Origin: Chara braunii
Lineage: Eukaryota; Plantae; Charophyceae
DNA length: 57,750 nucleotides
NCBI GenBank assembly: GCA_003427395.1
Contig: BFEA01000046.1
Span: forward strand, 1,425,728-1,483,477
Direction: 5' to 3'
A program made the position numbers and the translations under genes. Below are positions 47,440 through 57,750 of the stretch, one piece after another; position 1 is the stretch's first letter; every line of letters starts with the position of its first letter. The notes under the pieces were generated by a model. That model was not told where the DNA came from. It was given only the letters and a program-made list of their open reading frames with translations, and searched no databases.

Positions 47440-48800
47440 TCAGTTGATGTCGAGTAGATACATGGCTCCGGTAACCTCTAAACTGGAAAACGAATCGTCC
47501 CCAGGTCCTCGGTTGAATCTAATCTCCGTCCACCGACATTCCACCATCATGAAGGCGTTGTTCCTTCCCAAGGTCACGACCCGCCATTCCACGTTGAATC
47601 CCAGAAAGTCAGGACTTGAAGGAAGGGACACTTCCCATCCTCTGCCGTTATTCCAAGGAGGGCCGGGGTACCGGGGCTGGCGTACCGTTCGAATACGTCT
47701 TGCCGCCATTGCAGTTTCGGTGATTCCCTGCAGCCCACACAGAGAGGATTACGACCCATTTTTCAGCAATCATCCATCCTCCTATCGTTTTCCTTTCCGC
47801 TTATGTCCCCTTTCCTTTTTTCTGTCATGCGTCTCACATCTGCGCCCACAATGGCCGGACACCTTCCCTTATTTTAATCTCCTCACATCCTCTGCTAAAC
47901 TAATGTACAAACCCCTATCTTATGTTACTCCCTAGTTTACACGCACCTTCCATACTTCGACCTCCTTACAACGTTCGATTCCCCTGTCCTTTTAATCGAA
48001 CCACAGTACTTGAAACAATTTAAAAACATCATCTACGTAGGATGGAGCGGCCGCCGCCTCCCGACTAACTATGGCGTCCCAGACTTTCGCATCTACCACT
48101 AGTCGGTCATACTTACCTATTCTCAGGATGGCGAGAATTTCCCAGGCTTTATCGTCGTAGAAGGGCCCGTATTTTAACGAGGTCTTATAGAATTCCTCAG
48201 TCAGCCAGGCACACTCTATGTGCACTTCTTTCATGGAGTCCGCCACTTCTAAGATGTGTTAAAACCCCCCAAACCACTCGACCACAAACTAAGGCACCCA
48301 AGCTGTTGTTGGCAGGTCAGGAGTATTGAGTTCCTTCCATCCCCCCATCACAACTTTACTACTGACTTTGTCCCATCCTTCGTTGGCGAACCTCTCGCCC
48401 TCCTTTCGGGTTCGTGCCTCCGCATTCCCTAGAAGCCACATCGGATCCTGTCTCGTTGCTATCATAGTGCAGAATAGGCGTCATCCATCTTCGGAGAGAA
48501 CAACTGTTCCGACCGATTTCACTCTGCCTTCCGCTATCTCATCCCAACCTTCCTCTGCCCTTATTGGGTTCCAAATACGCTCTACCCATACGTATGATAG
48601 TCCCGGGGCAACTTCAAATCTGACCCAGTCGCATGTGGTCCCTCTCCATTCATTTTCTACTGGTATAGGCATTTTTATTCCCCTATGAGTTGCACTGGTT
48701 CCCATCCCTTGAAAGTGCAGTCCATCAACAATTCCTCTCTAGTCATTTTTTTATCGTCCTGCACAATGCCATGCCACTCCGTCCCCCTAAAGTAAGTCCT
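47440..48800 (-). pseudogene. Disrupted Trp-rich orphan ORF(s)
   Basis: Protein-like fragments (WRGTTCDWVRFEVAPGLSYVWVERIWNP; AWLTEEFYKTSLKYGPFYDDKAWEILAILRIGKYDRLVVDAKVWD; WEVSLPSSPDFLGFNVEWRVV) separated by stops and frameshifts. Same strand as the 267-aa ORF. Confidence 0.5.
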
Positions 48801-48814
48801 CTACCTTAGAAGTC

Positions 48815-49618
48815 TCAATCCTCTATCTCATCCCCTTCGTCCTCGTCACTGAAGTCATCCTCTTCGTTATAGAACAATTCCTTCACACCTTCTAGGAATG
48901 TCTCCCCTACTGCCACATTCCTGTAGACTATCCCCCAATGCACAGAGCTAGGGACGAAAACATTGTCTATGCTAAGGCAGTCTAGCATTTCGGCCAGCTC
49001 CTCCGCCCGATTCCCTTCAAACGGCCCCATTTCTACTGACAACCGGAAAAAGTCCCGCCTGGCGCATTGGTATAGTCCGAGGATCGTCATGGACCGGCAT
49101 ATCCATACTAGCCTGCTCCGGGTTCCGAATACCGCATCCACCAGAAAGGGAGGTGGCACACATCGCATGTTCCGGACGGGTCGCCTCACGCTTCCTCTAT
49201 CCCCGAGTTCCACTCGTACATCTACCCTTTCCATTTTCATTTCCGCCCACTGACATGCGTCCCATACAACCTCCTTTTCTGCCTTCTTAAACAATTCGTC
49301 TGGCGTAGTCCCTAACACCAACTCTATGACCATAGCGTTCTCCCTCTCTTGTGACAAGTAGACCCACCCCCGGGCTTCAACTGTCCCTCGAAACTCCAAA
49401 TCCATTAAACTCGGCGACAACCTTATCAAACTGACATTAGTCCATACCGTTTTTATCCAAAGGAATGCGTCCTCCTCTTCCAACATTACGGTTTGATATG
49501 CCGGCTCAAAATCCGTCCACGTCCCATCTTCCGGGAGGACGGCCGATACCCCATCCTTTACATCTACCGGCATTTCCGGACCGCTGGTATAGATCGGGTA
49601 TGACAACCACCGCACCAT
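48815..49618 (-). CDS. Orphan 267-aa ORF with acidic C-terminal tail
   Basis: Open, non-repetitive, globular-like composition ending EEDDFSDEDEGDEIED. The frame appears to continue upstream past one TAG (TWVDLTTRVVGTLLWK*GSGAENKM), so this may be a truncated copy. Confidence 0.55.
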   Translation of the reverse strand: MVRWLSYPIYTSGPEMPVDVKDGVSAVLPEDGTWTDFEPAYQTVMLEEEDAFLWIKTVWTNVSLIRLSPSLMDLEFRGTVEARGWVYLSQERENAMVIELVLGTTPDELFKKAEKEVVWDACQWAEMKMERVDVRVELGDRGSVRRPVRNMRCVPPPFLVDAVFGTRSRLVWICRSMTILGLYQCARRDFFRLSVEMGPFEGNRAEELAEMLDCLSIDNVFVPSSVHWGIVYRNVAVGETFLEGVKELFYNEEDDFSDEDEGDEIED

Positions 49619-50439
49619 CTTGTTTTCAGCACCCGACCCCTATTTCCATAAGAGAGTACCAACGACCCTTGTGGTCAGGTCAACCCACGTCCTAGATAAG
49701 AATTATTTCAGACTCTTCATCAAGGTCTCCTTAATTTACCTCCCCATTCCTAAGTCCCTCCTTCCCATAAGTATCCTCGGTCAACCATTCACTACCCACC
49801 ATTCTTTCCCTTGGTTCCATTCCAGCTGACGTTTATCCTTCTTTTTCCCAATCATCTCTCACTCGTGTAGATTTAGATAAGGAGGTAAGAATAGACTTAT
49901 AATTATACCCGTCTAACAGTCCAAGCTCATTCAACCATTACAGAGGGGGAATACATAATAAAAAAACAAATTCAGACAATCTCACATACGGGTCGGTCAT
50001 CTCCTCACCGGCCTATCCCAATATGGTCTCTCCGCTGGTATATCGGCATAGTTTTATCCCATACCTCAAGCGCAACTCAACCGTCGCGAGCGAGGTACCC
50101 AGGCTCTGGCACAGGGCGTTACCCCTCTCCATTCGCCCAAAATACCCCATCCCATTTTGCCGCTCTTGCATACCCTCGTTGGTACTGGGAATCACCCCGC
50201 GCACCCCGTTAGGAGCAACAGTCAGTCATCCGGGCATTCACTTCCATCGGTCCGACAAGAATTAGTCTTTTCCAAACCATGCTACGAGAAACTACTAATC
50301 ATCTTTGAGGTCCCCTCCTTGCCCCGCATGCAGTGGTACTCCCCCGCTAGTCAACAGACTAAGCCCCGCCTAAGAAAACGTTTCGCACCCTGCCCGGGCC
50401 ACAAATGGTTAACAACCACCTGAAATTTCAGAAAGAAAG

Positions 50440-51975
50440 ATTCTCAAGTGGTCTGAAACCGCTGAAATGGCCTGAAGGCACTTCAAGTCATTTCAGAAGT
50501 TTCGGGTGGTTCGGAGGACAAGTTTTATGTTTTTTTTTTTTTTTCCCCTGCCTGTTTTTTCAGCCACTTCAGGTCATTTCATAAATTTCAGGTGGTGACC
50601 TAAAACCGCTGAAGTGGCTGAAGCTTCTGTAGGGGGTTTCTGGTAACCCCATCGAACCATTTGGATGGGGGTACCTGAAACCCCTTTCAGAAGCTTCAGC
50701 CACTTCAGGTCATTTCAGAAATTTCAGGTGGGGAGCTGAAACCGCTGAAGTGGCAGAAACTTCTGAAAGGGGTTTCGAGTACCCCCATCCAACCATTTGG
50801 AGAGGGGTACCTGAAACCCCTTTCAGAAGCTTCAGACACTTTAGGTCATTTCAGGAATTTTAGGTCGGGATCTGAAACCGCTGAAGTGGTTGAAACTTCT
50901 GAAAGGGGTTTCAGGTACCCCCATCCAATTTGGATGGGGGTACCTGAAACCCCTTTCAGAAGCTTCAACCACTTCAGGTCATTTAAGGAATTTCAGGTGG
51001 GGACCTGAAACCGCTGAAGTGGNNNNNNNNNNNNNNNNNNNNNNNNNNNNNNNNNNNNNNNNNNNNNNNNNNNNNNNNNNNNNNNNNNNNNNNNNNNNNN
51101 NNNNNNNNNNNNNNNNNNNNNNNNNNNNNNNNNNNNNNNNNNNNNNNNNNNNNNNNNNNNNNNNNNNNNNNNNNNNNNNNNNNNNNNNNNNNNNNNNNNN
51201 NNNNNNNNNNNNNNNNNNNNNNNNNNNNNNNNNNNNNNNNNNNNNNNNNNNNNNNNNNNNNNNNNNNNNNNNNNNNNNNNNNNNNNNNNNNNNNNNNNNN
51301 NNNNNNNNNNNNNNNNNNNNNNNNNNNNNNNNNNNNNNNNNNNNNNNNNNNNNNNNNNNNNNNNNNNNNNNNNNNNNNNNNNNNNNNNNNNNNNNNNNNN
51401 NNNNNNNNNNNNNNNNNNNNNNNNNNNNNNNNNNNNNNNNNNNNNNNNNNNNNNNNNNNNNNNNNNNNNNNNNNNNNNNNNNNNNNNNNNNNNNNNNNNN
51501 NNNNNNNNNNNNNNNNNNNNNNNNNNNNNNNNNNNNNNNNNNNNNNNNNNNNNNNNNNNNNNNNNNNNNNNNNNNNNNNNNNNNNNNNNNNNNNNNNNNN
51601 NNNNNNNNNNNNNNNNNNNNNNNNNNNNNNNNNNNNNNNNNNNNNNNNNNNNNNNNNNNNNNNNNNNNNNNNNNNNNNNNNNNNNNNNNNNNNNNNNNNN
51701 NNNNNNNNNNNNNNNNNNNNNNNNNNNNNNNNNNNNNNNNNNNNNNNNNNNNNNNNNNNNNNNNNNNNNNNNNNNNNNNNNNNNNNNNNNNNNNNNNNNN
51801 NNNNNNNNNNNNNNNNNNNNNNNNNNNNNNNNNNNNNNNNNNNNNNNNNNNNCAGGTCATTTCAGGAATTTCAGGTGGGGACCTCAAACCGCTGAAGTGG
51901 CTGAAGCTTCTGAAAGGGGTTTCGGGTACCCCCATCCAACCATTTGGTGGAGACTTGAAGCGGTTGAAAGTGGCC
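50440..51975. repeat. ~133-136-bp palindromic (foldback) satellite spanning a gap
   Basis: Each unit holds a ~47-bp inverted repeat, e.g. 50881-50927 versus 50931-50977 with one mismatch. Confidence 0.92.
51023..51852. other. Assembly gap (N run)
   Basis: N bases. Confidence 1.
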
Positions 51976-52144
51976 CGTAAATAGTGTGTGTTGTTAACCA
52001 TCTCTCGCCCGGAGAAGATCATCGAGTCAAACTCGGACCGCCCGGATGAGAATGCTACTAATCAACCGGCCAAACAGACTCGCGTTCGACAACTCGGTGG
52101 CCTGACCTCGACACACGAAACCCGGCGAACTTCAAAGAGAACGA

Positions 52145-55100
52145 TGTCATAGCAAACACCCTTCCAAGGGTATATGCTCATGATTTTGCATTCGATACAG
52201 TATCAATGCCAGTTACCATACCGGGGACGGTCTAGAGTAAAAAATGAGAACTTTTTTGGCATAGCGCCGTGAAGCAAACTTCTCGACCATTGAGGCCGAG
52301 ATTTCTAGGTGATCATACGAAGTGATACGACGCGTACGACAACCGGAAGGGGTTAATAAAATTTAAAAGTCTCCGACCACGAGGGCCTGAGGGTTGGAAG
52401 AGAACGAGAAACGGTCGCGCAGGATGCGGCGGCCAGGATCTAAATCAGTCAAAGGCCCAGGCGCTAAGGCACAAATGAATTACAACGAGTCCAGGGGCGT
52501 TCGACCGACCGATATGGAAAGGTCGGGAGGTCGCGCCTTCGTAAAATCAAAAGACGATTCAAAAATGAATGCAACCCCTGGCCATGTAGTCGGGGTAGCC
52601 AAGAGAAATACAATGCCTACCATAATAGGTTACGACAATTGGTACCTCTATCCTTACTCGTATGTCGTGAGTAGGGTTGAGGCTCCAGCTCCGCGTCCCA
52701 TACGTAGAGAGGAAGTCGCCTCTCGAGTGGCAACTTCGTGCCCACGTGGCCACCCAAAAGAGCGGATGCCTTCGTCCCTTTGCAGGAGGAGACACCGCGG
52801 CAATCTATAATACCACTCGCACAGGACTTGGACTCAGACTACTTGAACTGGTACCCACCAACCTAACGGCGTCGGGCCTCTAAAATTGCGAACTTTTATC
52901 TTCTTCTGCTCGGCCTCGAGTACCGGGCACATCTACCTCTACATAGTGTGGTACCGGCCTACCTACCGCTGGAGTGTTTTCCTGCCGTAATCCTCAATCA
53001 CACGGTCACGGGTAAGTACCGACTCTTCGGGCCTTCATGTGACTCAAGTGCTCTTGCGGGTCACACACACACACACTCAAGCTGACAAGCACTGCGACAG
53101 ATACACAGATCGGCAAATGTGCACACACACAGACTTACAAATAGGCTTGGATCACTAGTTAGAATAAATCGTACTACTGTATCTATATTTCGACTGCTCC
53201 CCTTTTATTTGAAATAAGAACTAGCTCAGTGGGTTTAGGGGAAAACTGATAAGCAAGGGATATTGGGATCGAATCTGCCCCTGGCCGAGCTAGCTCCATT
53301 TTTGCTAGAAGGGTCTCGCACTTTAGATCCGACTTCGGGCCATCTGGGCTTGAACCTGCTACCTCGTTTTCGAAGACAGTTACAGTTGGCCCCGCTGAAC
53401 GAGGTCGTTACACTTGGCTCGTGGGAGTAGTTAGTAGTTAGATTCTTTAATCTTATTTATTTTGATTTTTATTCGTTATCTAGTTAAATTCGTTTGCTTG
53501 TTTTTTTTTGCTAGTTTTTTTTTAATTATTCATTTTTTTGGTCGGCTCCCGTAGTACTCTCCATAGATTTACATGAATGAATCTGCCTTCAAAACCAGGC
53601 AGATTCACTGGAGAGGGAAATAAGGTTTTTTTTCCTGTAAAGTCTCGTTGTGGTCTCGATTGCGTCAAGTCCCCGTACAACCAAGGAGAAATCGCGTCTG
53701 CAAAGAAAACAGACCACCGCGAATGAGAGAGGAGGGGCGCGTGCAGGGACTCGGTGGACTATGGGCTCGCGGTCGGCGACGAGCGTGAGCGCTATCATTG
53801 CATGCGAGGGTGGCAGCAAACGTGCGGAGGAAAAAGAAGGGGAATGCGTGTGACGAGGAGGAAAAGACAATTGGAGGGGGAGGGGGTAGAAGTAGAACGC
53901 AAGAAGAAGAGAAAGAAGAAGAAGAAGAAGAAGAAGAAGAAGAAGAAGAAGAAGAAGAAGAAAGGAGAAAACGGGGAAAGGAGACTCACCTAGTCGTGCA
54001 GACGATGCCAGTGCCGTAGTGAATCCGTCATACATCCGACTAGTTGGAAGGCGCACTTGCGCCGGTCAGATTCTCAATGTTGTGGTCGGCATGCTGCACT
54101 TCGTAACGGATCGCGTGCAATGACGGCGACGAGGAGAGAGTTTTTCATCGTTAGGATGAGCACCGGCCAACAGCTAAGACGCCAGTCCCACGATCAACCT
54201 CAACCTATGTTGCATGCTGGCCTTGGCCGGGTTCAGCCCAGGCCGCAGCCGGCGGCCTAGGCCGGGACCCCCCCGACCGCGGCCGAACGAGGCCGATAAT
54301 TTCGGCCGACGCCGCGGCCGATCAGGGAGGGGGTTTGGGGGGCGGGGAACGGTGTCGGACCAAACACCCTTACAAGGGTATTTTGCCATGCTTTTGCATT
54401 CGATACAGTGATGACATCGACTACCATGAGGAAGCCAGTATAGAATGGAAAGGGTGTGGACGCTTGAGCGTGACGCTCGTAATGAACTCCTTGGCCAATG
54501 AGGCCGGGGCGAATCGGTGAGAAACATTTCGAAGAGTATGAGCGTGCGTTATTATGACACGCGCTGTGATGGGTAGATCTGTAGTAATATCCCTGGACAA
54601 AAAAGGTCGAGGGGTCAGGTGGGTTAATGATGTGTCAAGAACACCTACGGCACGTATTGACAAGGGTCAGACGTTGAAAAATTTCGAATACATGTAGAGA
54701 CTGCAAAGTGGTTAGTTAATAAGACCTCCGACCACAAGGTCGGAAGGTTAGTCCAAACGGAAGAGAGTCGCATGGGATGCCGCGACGGTCTTCTTAGTCG
54801 GTTGACGACTGAGGAAGAGTGATTGTTTCAGCTCGAGTCCGCAGGCCATGTAGCCGAGGCGACTAGATGAAGAAGCCTAGCCTGTTGTAACAGGCTGCGG
54901 CGGCCAAACGGGGGCCTGAGTTTCCCCTACGGTAGGCTGCAGGCCTTAAGAAATGATCAAACAAGGCCCTGTGCTATACTTAGGGCAGATTTGCTCTTAG
55001 TAAAGCCGTACTAGGAGCTCGCCCAGTAGGTACAGGCGCAGACTGATAAGCGAAGGATTCAGGGATTAAGTCCGACCTGCCTCCGGGCTAGCTCCTTTTG

Positions 55101-55900
55101 CTAGCAGCGAGGGGCAGGGCCTACCTTTTTTTTCGTCCGACCTCAGATATTTGGGACTCGAACCACGACCTAGGGATTAAAATTAGTTGTAGCAGTTGCC
55201 CCGTTGAAACGGGGCACTACACTTGACAGTTAGTAGTAGTCCTCGTTTAAAATCGTTTATTCTTTATTTTGTTTTAATTAGGAAGTGAGATTCGTTTTTT
55301 TTCATTTGTTTTATTTCTTTTATTGTTTTGTTTACCCGTAACTACTATTTTCCAAGATTCGCCTTAATGAATCTGGGCCCGAAAACCGGGCTGATTCAGC
55401 CAGGGAAAAAACAAGGCCCCACGACCATCTCTACCGTGCCGCATCTGCCTATAGCACGGGAGTCCCTTTCGTTGGAGAGAGAGCAAGCCACCGTGAGATC
55501 GCGCAGAAGCGAGATCAGAAAACGGCTGCGCAATGGCTGGAGAGAATGCAGAGAGGCGAAGGTGAAACAGAGGGGGAAAGGAAATACGAAGGAAGAGGCC
55601 GTCAGGGAACGAGAAGGAAGAAGGCGCGGCCTAGCGCACAAGACTTACCTATGCGATTGGGAGTACGAACACGGCAGCGAGAAGGATAGCGTGAAGCTTG
55701 AATTCGGCTAGAGAAAGGAGGCGCGAGAAGGAGGGAGGAGGAGAAGAAGGAGAAAGAAGGGAGAAGGAAGGAGGAAGAGAGGAGAGAACGAAGGAGGAAG
55801 GAAGCAAAGTGTGAAACACTTACCTATGGAGCAGTAGGCCATCGAATGTGTCATTGACAACGACGACGACGATTACGACAACGGCGGAGGAAAGAAGTAA
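52145..55900 (+). mobile_element. Two diverged tandem ~2.2-kb units with LTR-like and internal parts (non-coding)
   Basis: LTR-like 52145-53412 (TGTCATAGCAAACACCC...GGTCGTTACA) is followed by CT-TGGCTCGTGG (PBS-like). LTR-like 54353-55221 (TGTCGGACCAAACACCC...GGGGCACTACA) is preceded by a G-rich purine tract. Shared blocks include TTTTGCATTCGATACAGT, CTCCGACCAC, ACTGATAAGC, GCTAGCTCC..TTTTGCTAG and AATGAATCTG. Confidence 0.55.
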
Positions 55901-56149
55901 AGAAAGGACAGGTAAGTCTTACATAGTTGGGTATTAATACTACTACTATTGCTATTACTACTACTACTACTACTACTACTACTTATGTGTATAGGCTAGT
56001 ATAAGGACATGCGAAAACGCGCGAAGGAACGACGATCTCACTTCGAGTGTCGGTCGCTACCATCAACAAGAAAGACAGTCAATTAAAGCTACGGATCGCC
56101 GCGCGCCACGTGGGTCGATGGGATGACTTCCGCGTTTCATCGGATGACT

Positions 56150-56177
56150 AGTTCCACTTTCGCTCATCCTATCGATG

Positions 56178-56262
<85 letters not shown>

Positions 56263-56376
56263 AGTGTCGATCAGACGGCCACTGCCCGCTACTTCCATTG
56301 ATACGATCAACAAGATCGAATGAATCTACTTCTGGACGTGGGTAGATATACTACTACACATATAAGTATGTGTGAA

Positions 56377-56411
<35 letters not shown>

Positions 56412-56507
56412 AAGAGATGAAGAGAAAAAAAGTTTTTCTTCTTCCTCTCCTAGGTCCACCATCGCCTCCTCACCCTCTCGCTACCTTCCTTCTCGATACC
56501 TGCTGAC

Positions 56508-56561
<54 letters not shown>

Positions 56562-57513
56562 GCGTATATATTTTCGCGCTTCGGGCTTCCGTTGCCACGA
56601 TCTGGATACATGAAAACGGCCACCGAACATGCATGACACGGGGAGAGGACAGAGAGAGAGAGAGAGCCTACAAGTCTCCAACCCGTAGCTCGTCGCGCTC
56701 TACTTGGATCGATAGAACGAGCAGATCATAAGTGTCAGTGTATATTTCCCCGTTTTGGCAGAAGATTCATCCCGATTTGCTCGTCCTATCGATGGAACGT
56801 GTGTGTGTGAGACACTCATGACTTGACCCGAGAGGGAGAGAGAAAGACCTACGGAAGGAGAGGAGGAGAGAAAAAAGTTGAAGAATAGAAGGGAAAGGGG
56901 GAAGTCGAAGGGAAAAGAGGAGAAGAGAAAGATCAAAGAGAAGAGGAGAGAGAGGGATAAAAAAGAAGAGGGGATAGTACTTCAATCGGTTCGTCGAGCA
57001 ACTTACCGGGCATCGGGTAAGTCTCCGCAGCCATGGCTGTCCACTCGCAACTCCCATCGAAAGGATGAACAAAATCGATCGAACTCCGCTTCAAAGAGGA
57101 AACATACACTGCCATTTGCGCTAGCCCGGTTGTAGCACCTTTGGCCAGGCACGACTACGGAGTTTGTGTGTGCATGTACATATGTGTGTGTGAGGAAGAG
57201 AGAGAGTGAGAGAGAGAGAGAAAGATCGATGGGAATGAGAGAGGGGAAACGTGTGGGAGAGAGAAAGAGAGTGAGCTCTACGATCGATCCATTGGCACAC
57301 CAGGAAGGTCGTCGAGGTCGTGGCTGCCTTCATGCGACTTCCGTCGAAAGGATGGGCAATATCGATCGAACCTTGCGCTACAACGTCAAGAGGTTACTAC
57401 TACACAAAGTGTGTGATCACACAACTACCGTGAAAAGGATAGGCGAAAACTATCGAATCTTGCGCTACGACGTTAACACGTCACACGTCCACTACTTCAA
57501 ATGTGTGTGTGAC

Positions 57514-57548
<35 letters not shown>

Positions 57549-57750
57549 TAAAGGACTGACTTCGTGCAACCTCCTTGAAGGAACGAGCAAGATAGATCGA
57601 AAGGTTCACTACTACGTATGCGAATGTGAATGCGTGTCTGAATGTGCGTGTGCATGCGTGCGAGAGAGAGAAAGAGACCGTAAGTCTCCAACCTTGGCCA
57701 ACAGCTAAGCCCCAACCACGCCTCGCCGTACGCCACTAGGATCGATAGAA
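56150..57750. repeat. Microsatellite-rich region ((GT)n, (GA)n) with dispersed short repeats
   Basis: (GT)n 56179-56260 and (GA)n 56511-56560. AAGTCTCC at ~56672, ~57019 and ~57683. GGATCGATAGAA at ~56706 and ~57739. Confidence 0.7.

Noticed and set aside
53240-55220. Hammerhead ribozyme (CTGATAAG...GAAAC) or a Helitron 3' hairpin
   Set aside because: No complete CUGANGA/stem II/GAAA/NUH topology could be built, and the hairpin is not followed by CTRR.

Overview
Eukaryotic, repeat-dominated draft scaffold with five N-gaps. The composition and retroelement peptides suggest a large streptophyte genome, possibly Chara-like; this is an inference and was not verified. Only one convincing host gene is present: an uninterrupted ~1081-aa Sel1-like-repeat protein on the minus strand (21601-24846). 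The rest is nested mobile DNA and repeats. (1) A Ty3/gypsy gag with a CCHC knuckle is interrupted by two related DNA-transposon-like inserts with near-matching 8-bp TSDs and is bounded on the left by the end of a third. (2) Smaller elements include a three-LTR tandem TRIM-like element, a Tc1/mariner-type MITE and a non-autonomous hAT with a perfect 8-bp TSD. (3) A decayed L1-like LINE ends next to a remodelled U6 snRNA copy. (4) A decayed gypsy pol is followed by a pseudogenised ORF with four copies of an unrecognised ~160-aa domain and by a cluster of Trp-rich orphan ORFs. (5) Two diverged LTR-like units carry tRNA-like halves. The most unusual signals are a ~60-bp tandem hairpin array with compensatory changes (45039-45817), the U6 variant (14395-14490), the repeated-domain ORF (39480-41240) and a palindromic satellite (50440-51975). 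All alignments were made by eye; no database searches were run.
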